Origin: Haloquadratum walsbyi C23
GTDB taxonomy: Archaea > Halobacteriota > Halobacteria > Halobacteriales > Haloferacaceae
Length of the DNA stretch: 32,000 nt
Direction of reading: 5' to 3'
Assembly: GCF_000237865.1 (NCBI RefSeq)
Contig: NC_017459.1
Span: 2,790,001 to 2,822,000 of the forward strand
Shown here: positions 9,813-19,219 of the stretch, in pieces
Numbering within the stretch: the stretch's first letter is position 1
Layout of the letters: each line of letters starts with the position of its first letter
The notes under the pieces: generated by a model
The model's input: only the letters and a program-made list of their open reading frames with translations
Told to the model about the DNA's origin: nothing
The model's database searches: none
Program-made: the position numbers and the translations under genes

Positions 9813-10655
9813 ATGGAGTATCTGGAACGGCGGGTATCAATGGTCGAGGACCGACTAGAATCGGTCGTCGATGCGATTGATCCCGCGGTGCTGTCAGATG
9901 AGGTTGCTCACGTTGCGCTGTCGGGCGGAAAACGTGTTCGGCCAGCGGTGACGATCCTTGCATGTGAAGCCTGCGGTGGTGCCCCTGAAGATGCGGTCGA
10001 TTTTGCTGTTGCCGTTGAATTAGTTCATAATGCATCACTCGTTGTTGATGATATTATTGACCGGTCAGATGTTCGTCGTGGTACAGAAAGTGCATGGTCA
10101 GCGTTTGGGCATGGACCAGCACTGATTGCTTCTGATGGACTGCTTGGTGAGGCATTTGCTCTTCTTGCCGCTGATGAACATGCAACAGAGATTGTTGCTG
10201 AGTCGATGGTTGAACTCGGTGAGGGTGAAGCAACAGAGCTTGTGGCACGACCAACAAATGAAGCAGAATACATGCAACTCGCTCGGCGAAAGACAGGAGC
10301 ACTCTTTCGAGCGTCCGCAGAAGTTGGAGCTGTTGCTGGTGGAGCCGATCCCTTCACCATTGATCTATTTGGTGAGTATGCAGAACGCGTTGGTGTTGCA
10401 TTTCAAATTCGCGATGATGTTCTTGATGCGACCGCAGACGCGACTGATCTTGGCAAACCAACAGGACAAGATGCAGCAATGGACCGCCCATCGTTAATCC
10501 AGGTAACCGCGCTCAGTGATACGGAGGCGAATGAGCGAGCGCATAATGAGTCACAACAGGCACTCGATGCACTTGCTGCCGCGAATATTGATGATACTGA
10601 ATCGCTTGGATATCTTCGTGATTTGGCTGAATTTGTCGTCATCCGTGAGCGCTGA
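9813..10655 (+). CDS. trans-polyprenyl diphosphate synthase (GGPP-synthase-like; chain length uncertain)
   Basis: Both Asp-rich motifs are present: first LVVDDIIDRSDVRRG and second FQIRDDVLD, with KRVRP upstream and GKPTGQD downstream. Confidence 0.85.
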   Translation: MEYLERRVSMVEDRLESVVDAIDPAVLSDEVAHVALSGGKRVRPAVTILACEACGGAPEDAVDFAVAVELVHNASLVVDDIIDRSDVRRGTESAWSAFGHGPALIASDGLLGEAFALLAADEHATEIVAESMVELGEGEATELVARPTNEAEYMQLARRKTGALFRASAEVGAVAGGADPFTIDLFGEYAERVGVAFQIRDDVLDATADATDLGKPTGQDAAMDRPSLIQVTALSDTEANERAHNESQQALDALAAANIDDTESLGYLRDLAEFVVIRER

Positions 10656-10712
10656 ATCTTCAATCTTAGCGGTAATGTCAATCAAATCTTTCCCCTTCAA
10701 TTGATACTTATT

Positions 10713-11852
10713 TCATCCTCGCGGGGGGTCTGAGCTTGACGCCGTCGTCGGAAACCGAGATTCAGCAACAGCGAATGCCAGCGTACTGAACACACCAAGT
10801 AGTGTCCCTGCGGTCAACCCAACGGCAAGTTGTGTGAGTGAAAAGGACTGCCCGGCAGCAGCACCCTGTGGTAGGAAAAATCCAGAGACCACATACAGTA
10901 CAATAGAAATGGCACCGACATAGAATGGAGCGTTCAGATATCGCCACCGGAAACGGTCGGAGAGATATTCATCTGTTACTTGTCCAAGGCTCGATGTCAC
11001 CCCTGCGGCTGCGAACCACTGAACTGATCCATGGATGAATGCTGCCGCTCCAAGCACGAGGGTTATCTCGGGACTGGCTTTCCGGACAAGTTCTAAGAGT
11101 GCATACCCACGAAACCCACCAACAATAATGAGCGCAATCGCAGCAACATATGTAATGAACGTCACACGCCCTTCATATAGAATGTCCCGTGTCCGAGCAA
11201 CTATATCATCAAGCACATCCTCAATCCCAAGTCCCCGCGAAAGCGTATATAGTCCCAAGAGCCCTGAGATGATCCCCAGTACAACTGCACCGGGGACATC
11301 AAAGAGACTTGCAATTGTTACGAATGGATAGATGAGAAGCAAAATACCGAGTGGAACAAGAATAGTTCCCCGAGTTTCAGAGTCCGCGAGCACTTGTTTC
11401 ATCGTATAATAAATTGATTCAAGATCCTGTGCCTGCCGCACCACGACGCGTCTGACACTATCGATGGGAACCCGAGAGCGAATGACTGGAAGTATCGATT
11501 CATCCTGTGCACCATCGGTAATCACAATTGCATTAATATTCTCTCCAGTTGAGAGTCCGGCAAGCACGCGGTCGACTTCTTCACCGATAACACGATTCGC
11601 CTCGACATCTCCCCCATCAACACCGGTTACAGCAGCGACAGCAATGTCCTCATCAACCGCTTGATCATGGCTAAGCTTGTCATACTGATGGATACCCTGA
11701 AATAACACATTCACATCTGAGTCCTCTGGATCTGCTGTTGCAAGATCGACCGCTGCACGTTCGATGGTCTCACGACCAATAACAGGCGTTTGGAGACCGG
11801 TTTTCCGGCCCAGATCGTCATCAAGATCAACACAGAGGACCAGGAGCATCAT
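10713..11852 (-). CDS. DUF373-like integral membrane protein
   Basis: Soluble N-terminal domain MLLVLCVDLDDDLGRKTG...TPVIGRE...DPEDSDVN, followed by several TM helices. This matches my recollection of the archaeal DUF373 family. Not verified by search. Confidence 0.65.
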   Translation of the reverse strand: MMLLVLCVDLDDDLGRKTGLQTPVIGRETIERAAVDLATADPEDSDVNVLFQGIHQYDKLSHDQAVDEDIAVAAVTGVDGGDVEANRVIGEEVDRVLAGLSTGENINAIVITDGAQDESILPVIRSRVPIDSVRRVVVRQAQDLESIYYTMKQVLADSETRGTILVPLGILLLIYPFVTIASLFDVPGAVVLGIISGLLGLYTLSRGLGIEDVLDDIVARTRDILYEGRVTFITYVAAIALIIVGGFRGYALLELVRKASPEITLVLGAAAFIHGSVQWFAAAGVTSSLGQVTDEYLSDRFRWRYLNAPFYVGAISIVLYVVSGFFLPQGAAAGQSFSLTQLAVGLTAGTLLGVFSTLAFAVAESRFPTTASSSDPPRG

Positions 11853-12117
11853 TCAATAGTATATCCTAAGCATATATCTGTTTTCGGGGCTGGAAGTTCT
11901 CTATTTCTCACATTGATTAAATCTTGATACTGAATTCCTCTTTCTTGAGATAAAAAATCCAATCTAGTGTTGGTAGGCGATAGGAAGTGGTTATATAGAA
12001 CGTGTTTTTTGCCGAATGTATTCTTCAGAATCAATCTACATAATATTGAAATCAATCAATTACCCACTCCATCGCAAGTAGCACGACTTTTGAGGCTTCA
12101 TCGGATAATAATAGTAT

Positions 12118-13113
12118 ATGATTTCGAAGGGGTGCGAACAGTGCGCAAAAGGCGGCAAAATGGTACTTTTCGTCTACGGTTACTGTGATCAGCGTGACTG
12201 TTTTTATTGCCCCTTGGGTGAAAACCGAAAAAACGTTACCGACGTGTACGCCAATGAGCGGCTTGTTGAATCCGACTCCGATATTATCGCGGAAGCACAC
12301 CGTATGGATGCGCTCGGTACGTCAATTACTGGTGGTGAACCACAGGAGGCATTAGCAAAGACAACCCGCTATCTATCACTTCTGAAGGACGAATTTGGCT
12401 CAGATCATCATACGCATTTATATACTGGAATCACCGGTGGGCGAGAAAATATGCGCGCACTCGCATCAGCCGGACTTGATGAGATCCGATTCCATCCACC
12501 TTATGAACAGTGGGGTAATCTTCACGACACTGAGTGGGAAGACATTCTCTATATTGCACGGGAGGAGGGGCTCACCCCTGCATTTGAGATTCCAGGAATT
12601 CGCGCAGAGCCAGAGTTTCTTGAATTCCTTGATGAGGGTGCTGCTGAGTTTTGCAATGTGAATGAATTTGAGATGTCAGACGGGAATTATCGTCGGATGC
12701 AGCAGAAGGGGTATGAACTTCAAGACGGACATATGTCTGCCGTTGAGGGGTCAAAAGAGGCTATTCTTGATACCATGGGAAATCATGAGCAAGTATATTT
12801 CTGTACCTCTGTATTTAAAGACGCCGCACAGCATCGAAACCGTCTCAAACGAATGGCACAAACCGTTCGTCGACCGTTTGATGAGATTACGGACGACGGT
12901 ACGATTGTTTATGGGAAAACATGGGTTGCTCCAAAGCGATTTGATTCGCTTGGAGTCCCAGATGAATTTTATACTGTCAAATCAGATCATGTTGAAATTG
13001 CATGGTGGCTGCTTGAGGAAATGATTGAGGATGGCGACGTTGATGGTGGTGAGATTGTTGAACAGTATCCAACCGTTGATGGAACAGTTGTTGAGCGGAC
13101 GCCACTCGCATAG
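12118..13113 (+). CDS. radical SAM domain protein (pyruvate formate-lyase-activase-related, COG2108-like)
   Basis: Cys cluster YGYCDQRDCFYCP near the N-terminus, GGEP glycine-rich SAM motif (SITGGEPQ), ATG at 12118. Confidence 0.8.
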   Translation: MISKGCEQCAKGGKMVLFVYGYCDQRDCFYCPLGENRKNVTDVYANERLVESDSDIIAEAHRMDALGTSITGGEPQEALAKTTRYLSLLKDEFGSDHHTHLYTGITGGRENMRALASAGLDEIRFHPPYEQWGNLHDTEWEDILYIAREEGLTPAFEIPGIRAEPEFLEFLDEGAAEFCNVNEFEMSDGNYRRMQQKGYELQDGHMSAVEGSKEAILDTMGNHEQVYFCTSVFKDAAQHRNRLKRMAQTVRRPFDEITDDGTIVYGKTWVAPKRFDSLGVPDEFYTVKSDHVEIAWWLLEEMIEDGDVDGGEIVEQYPTVDGTVVERTPLA

Positions 13114-13177
13114 TCCCTGTATGCTCTTTTATTGATATTTCCCACGCTCTTCTCGGTCTGGACAAAGATTCAATCAT

Positions 13178-13933
13178 TCATTGTCTTTTGAATGGCCATG
13201 AGCATGTCTGTTGGGTGGTTTGACCACCAGTCAATGCGATATAAAGACTCGGTGCAAGTGCTAATGTTGCCCCGACAAAGAGCCATTCACCACCATTGAC
13301 CGTTCCGTTACTACTGATATATTCGCTTCCAGCAGTACCGATGAATGCAATTGTGAGACCAATGACACCACTGATAATTGCCACTCGTTGTTTTGTCTGC
13401 TGTGTTAGTGTAAGACCGCGAGCAGTCGCATATAATGCGCCACTAATCCCGATTCCGGTGCCGAGAAGTACACCAATCAACGGTAGTGAAAAAAGCCCTG
13501 CAAACACGCATCCAACACCAATGATAAGACAACCTCCAGCCGTCACCTGTGGTGTGAATGGATTAATATTTACACCATGGTGAACTGCATACCCTGCTGG
13601 TGGTGAAACGAGTATAAATCCAATAAATAGCGAGCTGACCGTCGCAGTAACTGAGTCCTGTCCTCCAAGCATGGCATGAAACGTTCCAACCGCTCCAAGC
13701 ATTCCGATCACTGTTCCAATCAATAATACCCATCGCGGTCGAATTGTTGCAGTTGGATTTGTGTCACGAACTACTCCAAACGCGATGAAAGGATATGAAC
13801 TAACTGCACATACGCAAATCGTCGCAGTGAGTCCCCATCGAAGGATAATGCCCGAAACAACAGTAGCCAGACCGAAGAAAACACCAACAATAATCGCAAA
13901 CTCTGGAACGTACTGATCAGTTGATATGCTCAT
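13178..13933 (-). CDS. polytopic membrane protein, unknown function
   Basis: Start taken at internal ATG 13933 (MSISTDQYVPEFAIIVGVFFG...). About 7-8 hydrophobic Gly/Ala/Ile/Val-rich segments. No recognisable family. Confidence 0.6.
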   Translation of the reverse strand: MSISTDQYVPEFAIIVGVFFGLATVVSGIILRWGLTATICVCAVSSYPFIAFGVVRDTNPTATIRPRWVLLIGTVIGMLGAVGTFHAMLGGQDSVTATVSSLFIGFILVSPPAGYAVHHGVNINPFTPQVTAGGCLIIGVGCVFAGLFSLPLIGVLLGTGIGISGALYATARGLTLTQQTKQRVAIISGVIGLTIAFIGTAGSEYISSNGTVNGGEWLFVGATLALAPSLYIALTGGQTTQQTCSWPFKRQ

Positions 13934-14022
13934 ACACAGAGCTATCCTAAGATAATAAAAAGTATTGTCTATATCGATACCCCCTCGCAAGTTCTTTAGA
14001 CTGGGCAAGTGTACACTCTCGT

Positions 14023-14505
14023 ATGTCTGAGTGTCCGCTTGCAGACGACTGCCCCAGATATTCCGAGCGCATCAGTGGAATGGGATGTCAATATTACGGC
14101 GACCGCGGCGGAGCTGAGTGGTGTAGTAGCTATGATCAGCCGATTCAGGATCTAAAAGCTCAGCCCGTCAAGCCTGGTGAAGAGGTAGTCGTTGATGTTG
14201 ATGATATTCATGAAAGCGGAGCAGGTGTCGGACGGACTGATGATGGGTTTATTATCCTTATCGATGGGTTACTTCCGACATCACGAGCTATTGTTCGAAT
14301 CGATCGGGTGAAGTCAAATCATGCAACAGCAAAGAAAATCGTTGAACGACTCCCAGTCGACGACGATAGCGAAACGGCTGATGAGACCGATAGCACCGCA
14401 GATCATGATGATGAATCAACTACAGACAATGACAGTGAAATCAACAATTCTGGGTCAGACCAATCAACTGCGCTTGGAAGTCGTGATAACTTCTGGGGAG
14501 GATAA
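14023..14505 (+). CDS. TRAM domain protein with Cys-rich N-terminus and acidic tail
   Basis: TRAM-like core PVKPGEEVVVDVDDIHESGAGVGRTDDGFIILIDGLLPTSRAIVRIDRVKSNHATAK. N-terminal cysteines CPLADDCPRY...GMGCQYY...WC. Confidence 0.7.
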   Translation: MSECPLADDCPRYSERISGMGCQYYGDRGGAEWCSSYDQPIQDLKAQPVKPGEEVVVDVDDIHESGAGVGRTDDGFIILIDGLLPTSRAIVRIDRVKSNHATAKKIVERLPVDDDSETADETDSTADHDDESTTDNDSEINNSGSDQSTALGSRDNFWGG

Positions 14506-14678
14506 ATCGTATTCACATGGCTGCTGATCGTGATATTCTTGCGGATACGAGTAATATCACCGTTGCATAATAAATGCAGTGTACTGTATATCAATATACT
14601 ATCGACTAACTATGATACTTTGTTGATATATTTTCTCACATGGGTAATGAATTAGGAGCGTTTGTAGAATTATAATAT

Positions 14679-15287
14679 ATGACAGATGATGAAAACCTCA
14701 ATATGAACGAAGAGAACACCTCTCATCACGGTATGGATTCACACTCAAGTGCAGAAGAAACCAATACTGAAGAACTTGATGTCGATGCGATTCTTGCAGA
14801 AATTGGATTCAATCCTGATGTAAGTGTTCTCACGCGACGACAAGCAGAGGTACTCACGTTGCGTGAACGTGGATACCAACAGTCCCGGATTGCTGCTGCC
14901 CTCGGCACATCTCGAGCAAATGTCTCAAGTGTCGAGTCAAGTGCGCGCGAGAATGTCGATAAAGCGCGCAATACTGTTGCATTCGCTGAGGCACTTACTG
15001 CACCTGTGCAGATCTCGATTGCGGCTGGAACTGATCTCTATGATGTCCCGAAGAAGGTCTATGATGCATGTGATGCTGAGGGTGTGAAGGTGACACGAAC
15101 TGCTCCTGAGTTGATGAAAGCGGTGGCTGATGCTGCTGGTGACGCCGTTCGCGGAAGGGAAGTCAAGCAATGGCTGTTGGTTGGTGTCACCAGTGATGGA
15201 ACAATACAAGTTCGGCGCTCTGGGGGTCGAGAACATAATCATCTCAAAATGAATACATATCATGAGTCCGATACAACATCTTCATAA
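14679..15287 (+). CDS. Tfx-family DNA-binding protein
   Basis: LuxR/sigma-70 region-4-like HTH LTRRQAEVLTLRERGYQQSRIAAALGTSRANVSSVESSARENVDKA, followed by the Tfx C-terminal region. An acidic N-terminal extension means the true start could be an internal Met. Confidence 0.7.
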   Translation: MTDDENLNMNEENTSHHGMDSHSSAEETNTEELDVDAILAEIGFNPDVSVLTRRQAEVLTLRERGYQQSRIAAALGTSRANVSSVESSARENVDKARNTVAFAEALTAPVQISIAAGTDLYDVPKKVYDACDAEGVKVTRTAPELMKAVADAAGDAVRGREVKQWLLVGVTSDGTIQVRRSGGREHNHLKMNTYHESDTTSS

Positions 15288-15343
15288 TATCTCAATTTCT
15301 CATTTTGTCAAAATAATATCTTTTTCCAATCGATACGACTATT

Positions 15344-16492
15344 TCAGAACAATCCGCTCTCACGAAGTCTTGAGACAAGCTCTCTCACCGACTGAGCATC
15401 GTCTTTATTCACAACAAGTGTTCGGTCATTCCATGTGACAATAATGAGTCCCGAGACACCAACTGTTGATATATGACTACCGTTGCCCACAATAATATTA
15501 TCTGTTGAATCAATCATTTCTACCTCAACGTCACCAACGGTAACGGTCTCCTCACGTGTCGTCGTGTCAGAGTGTTCGTCTTCCGCTGATGCGGTTTGTG
15601 TATTGATATTTTCAGTAATTAATTCATCCTGTGTAGCAAGTCGGTCAAAAGCATCCCATGTGCCGATATCGTCCCACATCATGTCAGTCGGAATAACTGC
15701 AGTTGCCTCAGATTGTTCAAAGATGGCTCGATCAACACTTTGTGAGTCGCTTGCAGCAAATACATCAGCGACTGACTCACTCGTATTATTCTGGAGGGCA
15801 GTCTGTAACGGTGCTAGTGGTGAGTCAGCTGCAACAGTATTGAAGACTGCGGGTCGCCACGCGAATATTCCAGCATTCCAATAATGTCCTGCCTCAATAT
15901 ACTTCTTTGCTGTTTCTATCTCTGGTTTCTCATGGAATGACTGAATAGATTTCCACGAGACCGCGTCATCATTGAGACCGTTGATAGAATTGATTGTTGC
16001 TGCTGGTTCGATATATCCATATCCTGTTTCCGGTCGGGTTGGAGCAACGCCAAGGGTGACAAGACGATTGGTGTTCATAGCAACAGCGCTCATGCGTCTC
16101 ACGGCAGTGTCAAATGCTGCCCCAACAACGTGGTCACTTGGTGCGAGAAGCACGACTGCATCATCACCATATGTTTCTTCAACATAATGTGTTGCATACA
16201 GAGCTGCTGGTCCTGTGTCTCGCCCGACTGGCTCGGTTATTACCGTTACGTCTGAGACCTGTTCTCTGACCGTTTCAGCAAATGCATCTCTGGTGAGTAT
16301 GAGAATTGTGTCAGTGACTCCGCGCAGTCGGTCGACTGTCCGCGTGAGAAATGATCGATCGCCGAAAAGTGAGAGAAACTGCTTTGGTCGATGTCCCCGG
16401 CTTGCGGGATATAATCGTGATCCAATCCCACCAGCAAGGACAACGCCAACAACATCGACAACAGTTGACGAGGTACTGTCTGATACTGCCAT
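15344..16492 (-). CDS. sugar-1-phosphate nucleotidyltransferase (mannose-1-phosphate guanylyltransferase-like)
   Basis: Start at internal ATG 16492 (MAVSDSTSS...). Nucleotide-binding motif VVLAGGIGSRLYPASRGHRPKQFL. The C-terminal part resembles ManC-type enzymes. Confidence 0.8.
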   Translation of the reverse strand: MAVSDSTSSTVVDVVGVVLAGGIGSRLYPASRGHRPKQFLSLFGDRSFLTRTVDRLRGVTDTILILTRDAFAETVREQVSDVTVITEPVGRDTGPAALYATHYVEETYGDDAVVLLAPSDHVVGAAFDTAVRRMSAVAMNTNRLVTLGVAPTRPETGYGYIEPAATINSINGLNDDAVSWKSIQSFHEKPEIETAKKYIEAGHYWNAGIFAWRPAVFNTVAADSPLAPLQTALQNNTSESVADVFAASDSQSVDRAIFEQSEATAVIPTDMMWDDIGTWDAFDRLATQDELITENINTQTASAEDEHSDTTTREETVTVGDVEVEMIDSTDNIIVGNGSHISTVGVSGLIIVTWNDRTLVVNKDDAQSVRELVSRLRESGLF

Positions 16493-16502
16493 CGTTACCG
16501 TG

Positions 16503-16889
16503 TTACCATGTTTCAACAATCCCACTGCGGATATCTCGAACGCACCCCTCACAATCAGGATGTCCGGACTCAAAACAGGCTGGATGAGCCTCAGTATCAA
16601 TCCTAACAGCACGCTTCTCCGCGTCACGTCGACAGACAATCCGGGCTTGTCCTGTCTCGTTACATGGTAACGCTGAGACTGGTGTGGATATATCTGGCTT
16701 CGAGTTATCTGTTATTTCTTGCTCGGATGCAATCGTCTGTTCACTATTTTCACCGTTCGTTCCCTCATTTGTGTCGTCCTCAGTCTCGGCACTTTTACGA
16801 CCTGATTGATACGCGTCTCGTGCACGAGCATACTCTCGACCGGCCTCACGAAATTGCTCTCGGAGGAACGACTTGAGCCGTTCGTCCAT
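16503..16889 (-). CDS. small acidic protein with C-terminal Cys/His cluster, unknown function
   Basis: Start at internal ATG 16889 (MDERLKSFLREQFREAG...). C-terminal CNETGQARIVCRR...HPACFESGHPDCEGC. Its stop lies 10 nt upstream of the nucleotidyltransferase ATG. Confidence 0.5.
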   Translation of the reverse strand: MDERLKSFLREQFREAGREYARARDAYQSGRKSAETEDDTNEGTNGENSEQTIASEQEITDNSKPDISTPVSALPCNETGQARIVCRRDAEKRAVRIDTEAHPACFESGHPDCEGCVRDIRSGIVETW

Positions 16890-17349
16890 TGAAACAGTAT
16901 CAATGATAGATAAATATAATCTCATTGGTGATCATAGGGGTGAATATACGATATATTCTATTTATGACACGAATGTAGACTGCTTGTCCATCATATAAGA
17001 ATCGTGAGAATCACTTGTGTGTTTTAGCCCAGAAACAATGTACATATCATATACTCCTCAGAAAAACATCATGAACAACTGTGAGTTTACCCCGTCAAAA
17101 TAAGACCTAACTAGCTCAGGACTGGTGCTTTTCGCCTGGTATGATAACCTATTCCACGAACTCCTTTGCGCGTATGCAACTTGACAGACCGATACTCAAC
17201 AATCATGTCTTTTCGACGTTAAAAAATATCTCTCGGATATTTATACTAGCTAAATTTCACTTTCACCATGCTCACGACAGTTTATTATTCACGGAGAGCC
17301 AATTTATTGATGTCTCCCAACGAAAAACAGGACGGAGGCAAGTGATATT

Positions 17350-18282
17350 ATGACAGACCTGCAAACGCACGCAGCGGAGATTGCAGAACAGTTCTCTGAG
17401 GAGTTAGACATCGATGAGACGACGGTCCGTGATCGTCTCAACACGCTCGTAGAGGAATATAGTGTTCCAGCCGACGAGGCCCGTCGCTCGGTCATCAACA
17501 GTTATCTTGACGAGGCTGACATCGACCGCGATGAATTGAGTGGATCTGATGGGAATGAGGAGATCCCACTGGCATCAATTGATGAGGATGAACAATGGAT
17601 TGATGTCACTGCAAAAGTTGTCGAACTCTGGGAACCACAAAACGAAGCAATTGCACAGGTTGGTCTGATTGGTGATGAATCTGGACGCACAAAATTTGTT
17701 GCCTTTGAGACATCGGACCTCCCAGCGATTGAAGAAGGTGCTGTTTATGAGCTTGAAAATGTTGTTACGGATGAATACCAAGGCGATTATTCGGTGAAGC
17801 TCAATCGAACAACCGACATTGAGAAGCTTGACACGGATATTACAGTCGGTGACAGTGCAACGACGATTGAGGGAGCGCTCATTGATATCCAGTCTGGTAG
17901 TGGGCTGATTAAGCGGTGTCCGACCGATGGATGTACTCGCGTTCTTCAGAATGGGCGATGTTCTGAACATGGAACTGTGGATGGCGAGTTTGACCTCCGG
18001 ATTAAGGGGGTCATTGACGATGGTGAAACAGTCACTGAAGTCATTTTCACTCGGGAGATGACCGAAAAATTAAGCGGTATCACACTTTCTGAAGCACAAC
18101 AAATGGCTCGGGACGCACTCGATACATCGGTCGTTGTCGAAGAGATTCGCCAGGATCTTATCGGTGCATACTATCGTATATCCGGACCAGAACTGGGTCG
18201 ATATCTCCTTGCAGATACCGTTGATCATCTCACTAATCCAGCTGATCCAGAAGCGGTCCTGATCAAAGCGAGGTCGATCTAA
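17350..18282 (+). CDS. rpa3: replication protein A, single OB-fold plus zinc-finger type (RPA3-like)
   Basis: 310 aa. OB-fold region VTAKVVELWEPQNEAIAQVGLIGDESGRTKFV and zinc ribbon CPTDGCTRVLQNGRCSEHG. Followed 1 nt later by the RPA-associated gene, as in the Haloferax rpa3-rpap3 operon. Confidence 0.85.
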   Translation: MTDLQTHAAEIAEQFSEELDIDETTVRDRLNTLVEEYSVPADEARRSVINSYLDEADIDRDELSGSDGNEEIPLASIDEDEQWIDVTAKVVELWEPQNEAIAQVGLIGDESGRTKFVAFETSDLPAIEEGAVYELENVVTDEYQGDYSVKLNRTTDIEKLDTDITVGDSATTIEGALIDIQSGSGLIKRCPTDGCTRVLQNGRCSEHGTVDGEFDLRIKGVIDDGETVTEVIFTREMTEKLSGITLSEAQQMARDALDTSVVVEEIRQDLIGAYYRISGPELGRYLLADTVDHLTNPADPEAVLIKARSI

Positions 18283-18283
18283 A

Positions 18284-18907
18284 ATGAGCACTGAAGATAT
18301 CCCGACACGTGAAGTTGCAAAGCGTGCGTTTGCGACGGAATTTAATGACGCTGGCTTTAGCTTCAAAGAATCCGATGACGAGCGAGCGCCGGTATATCTG
18401 TTATTCCCAACCGGTGCGAAGGCAAATCGGGTCTTCCTTATTGGGACACTCACCGAAACTGAAGACGTTGGTGAGGATAACGAGTATTGGCGTGGTCGAA
18501 TTGTTGATCCGACAGGAACATTTTTTGTGTATGCTGGTCAGTACCAACCCGAAGCAGCACAAGAGCTTCGTGAGCTTACCCCTCCAGCATATGTTGCTGT
18601 TAGTGGAAAACCGCGTACCTTTGAGACTGATGATGGGACAACAAATGTTTCTGTTCGCCCGGAATCAATCACAGTTGTTGATGCAACAACACGAGACCGT
18701 TGGGTCGTTGAGACGGCTGAACGGACACTTGATCGGATTGCTGCGTTCGAGGATGAAGGGAACGAATATGCTCGAATGGCGAATGATGAGTATGAAATCC
18801 CTATTGATCAGTATATCGAGTCAACTGTCTCTGCGGTTGAGAGTCTTGATGAATCTACTGACGAACTCAATACCGCATCGACTGAGGGTACAGCACAAAA
18901 TCTGTGA
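18284..18907 (+). CDS. rpap3: RPA-associated protein (COG3390-type OB-fold protein)
   Basis: REVAKRAFATEFNDA...DDERAPVYLLFPTGAKANRVFLIGTLTE...EYWRGRIVDPTGTFFVYAGQYQPEAA...VSVRPESI. Tightly coupled to rpa3. The overlapping 210 aa alternative frame 18309..18941 is rejected. Confidence 0.8.
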   Translation: MSTEDIPTREVAKRAFATEFNDAGFSFKESDDERAPVYLLFPTGAKANRVFLIGTLTETEDVGEDNEYWRGRIVDPTGTFFVYAGQYQPEAAQELRELTPPAYVAVSGKPRTFETDDGTTNVSVRPESITVVDATTRDRWVVETAERTLDRIAAFEDEGNEYARMANDEYEIPIDQYIESTVSAVESLDESTDELNTASTEGTAQNL

Positions 18908-19219
18908 ACTCCCTCACCCTTGTCAAACTCAGCTAGTATAATAGTCGTTGTGAGAACAAAGACAGTTAATTAATTCCTTACACTCATCACACATCCTGAT
19001 AACCTAGAGTAATTTGTGAACGCACACCGGGGTCAAGCCCCGAGGTAATCGCCTTGTACTGCCTATACAGATGTATGATACAAGCGCTGATTTCTGGTTG
19101 TATTAATCCCCCTTATTATGATGGGTTATTTTCTCCTCAGTCATAATGACAGCAGTGATACAGCAGACACGCGTCCGACGAATTATTAAGTAAATTGCCT
19201 GAATTGTAGTAATATACAG

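Noticed and set aside
16493-16639. N-terminal extensions in the ORF track. Examples: 15344..16639, 2303..4708, 4626..5027, 6680..8059, 8071..9729, 13178..14008, 22335..23285, 23197..24186, 28366..29064, 30746..31198, 31153..31698, 19993..20583.
   Set aside because: The extensions overlap upstream genes or have an unlike-protein composition. At least two track start codons are TTG when read from the sequence (31198, 29064). Internal ATGs give N-termini that match family consensus and sensible gene spacing.
16926-17349. 420-nt AT-rich region upstream of rpa3 as a possible replication origin.
   Set aside because: No repeated ORB-like elements or G-strings were seen, and no orc/cdc6 gene is adjacent. 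AT-rich long spacers are common throughout this window.
19032-19043. gtcaagccccga is the reverse complement of tcggggcttgac in the IS right end (27277..27288; 15 of 16 positions when extended). This suggested a solo right-end or omega-RNA fragment upstream of the RHH gene.
   Set aside because: A 32-kb sequence compared with itself on both strands is expected to give tens of exact 12-mers and about ten 15/16 matches by chance. No colinear second anchor was found. Local GC-richness alone is not enough.
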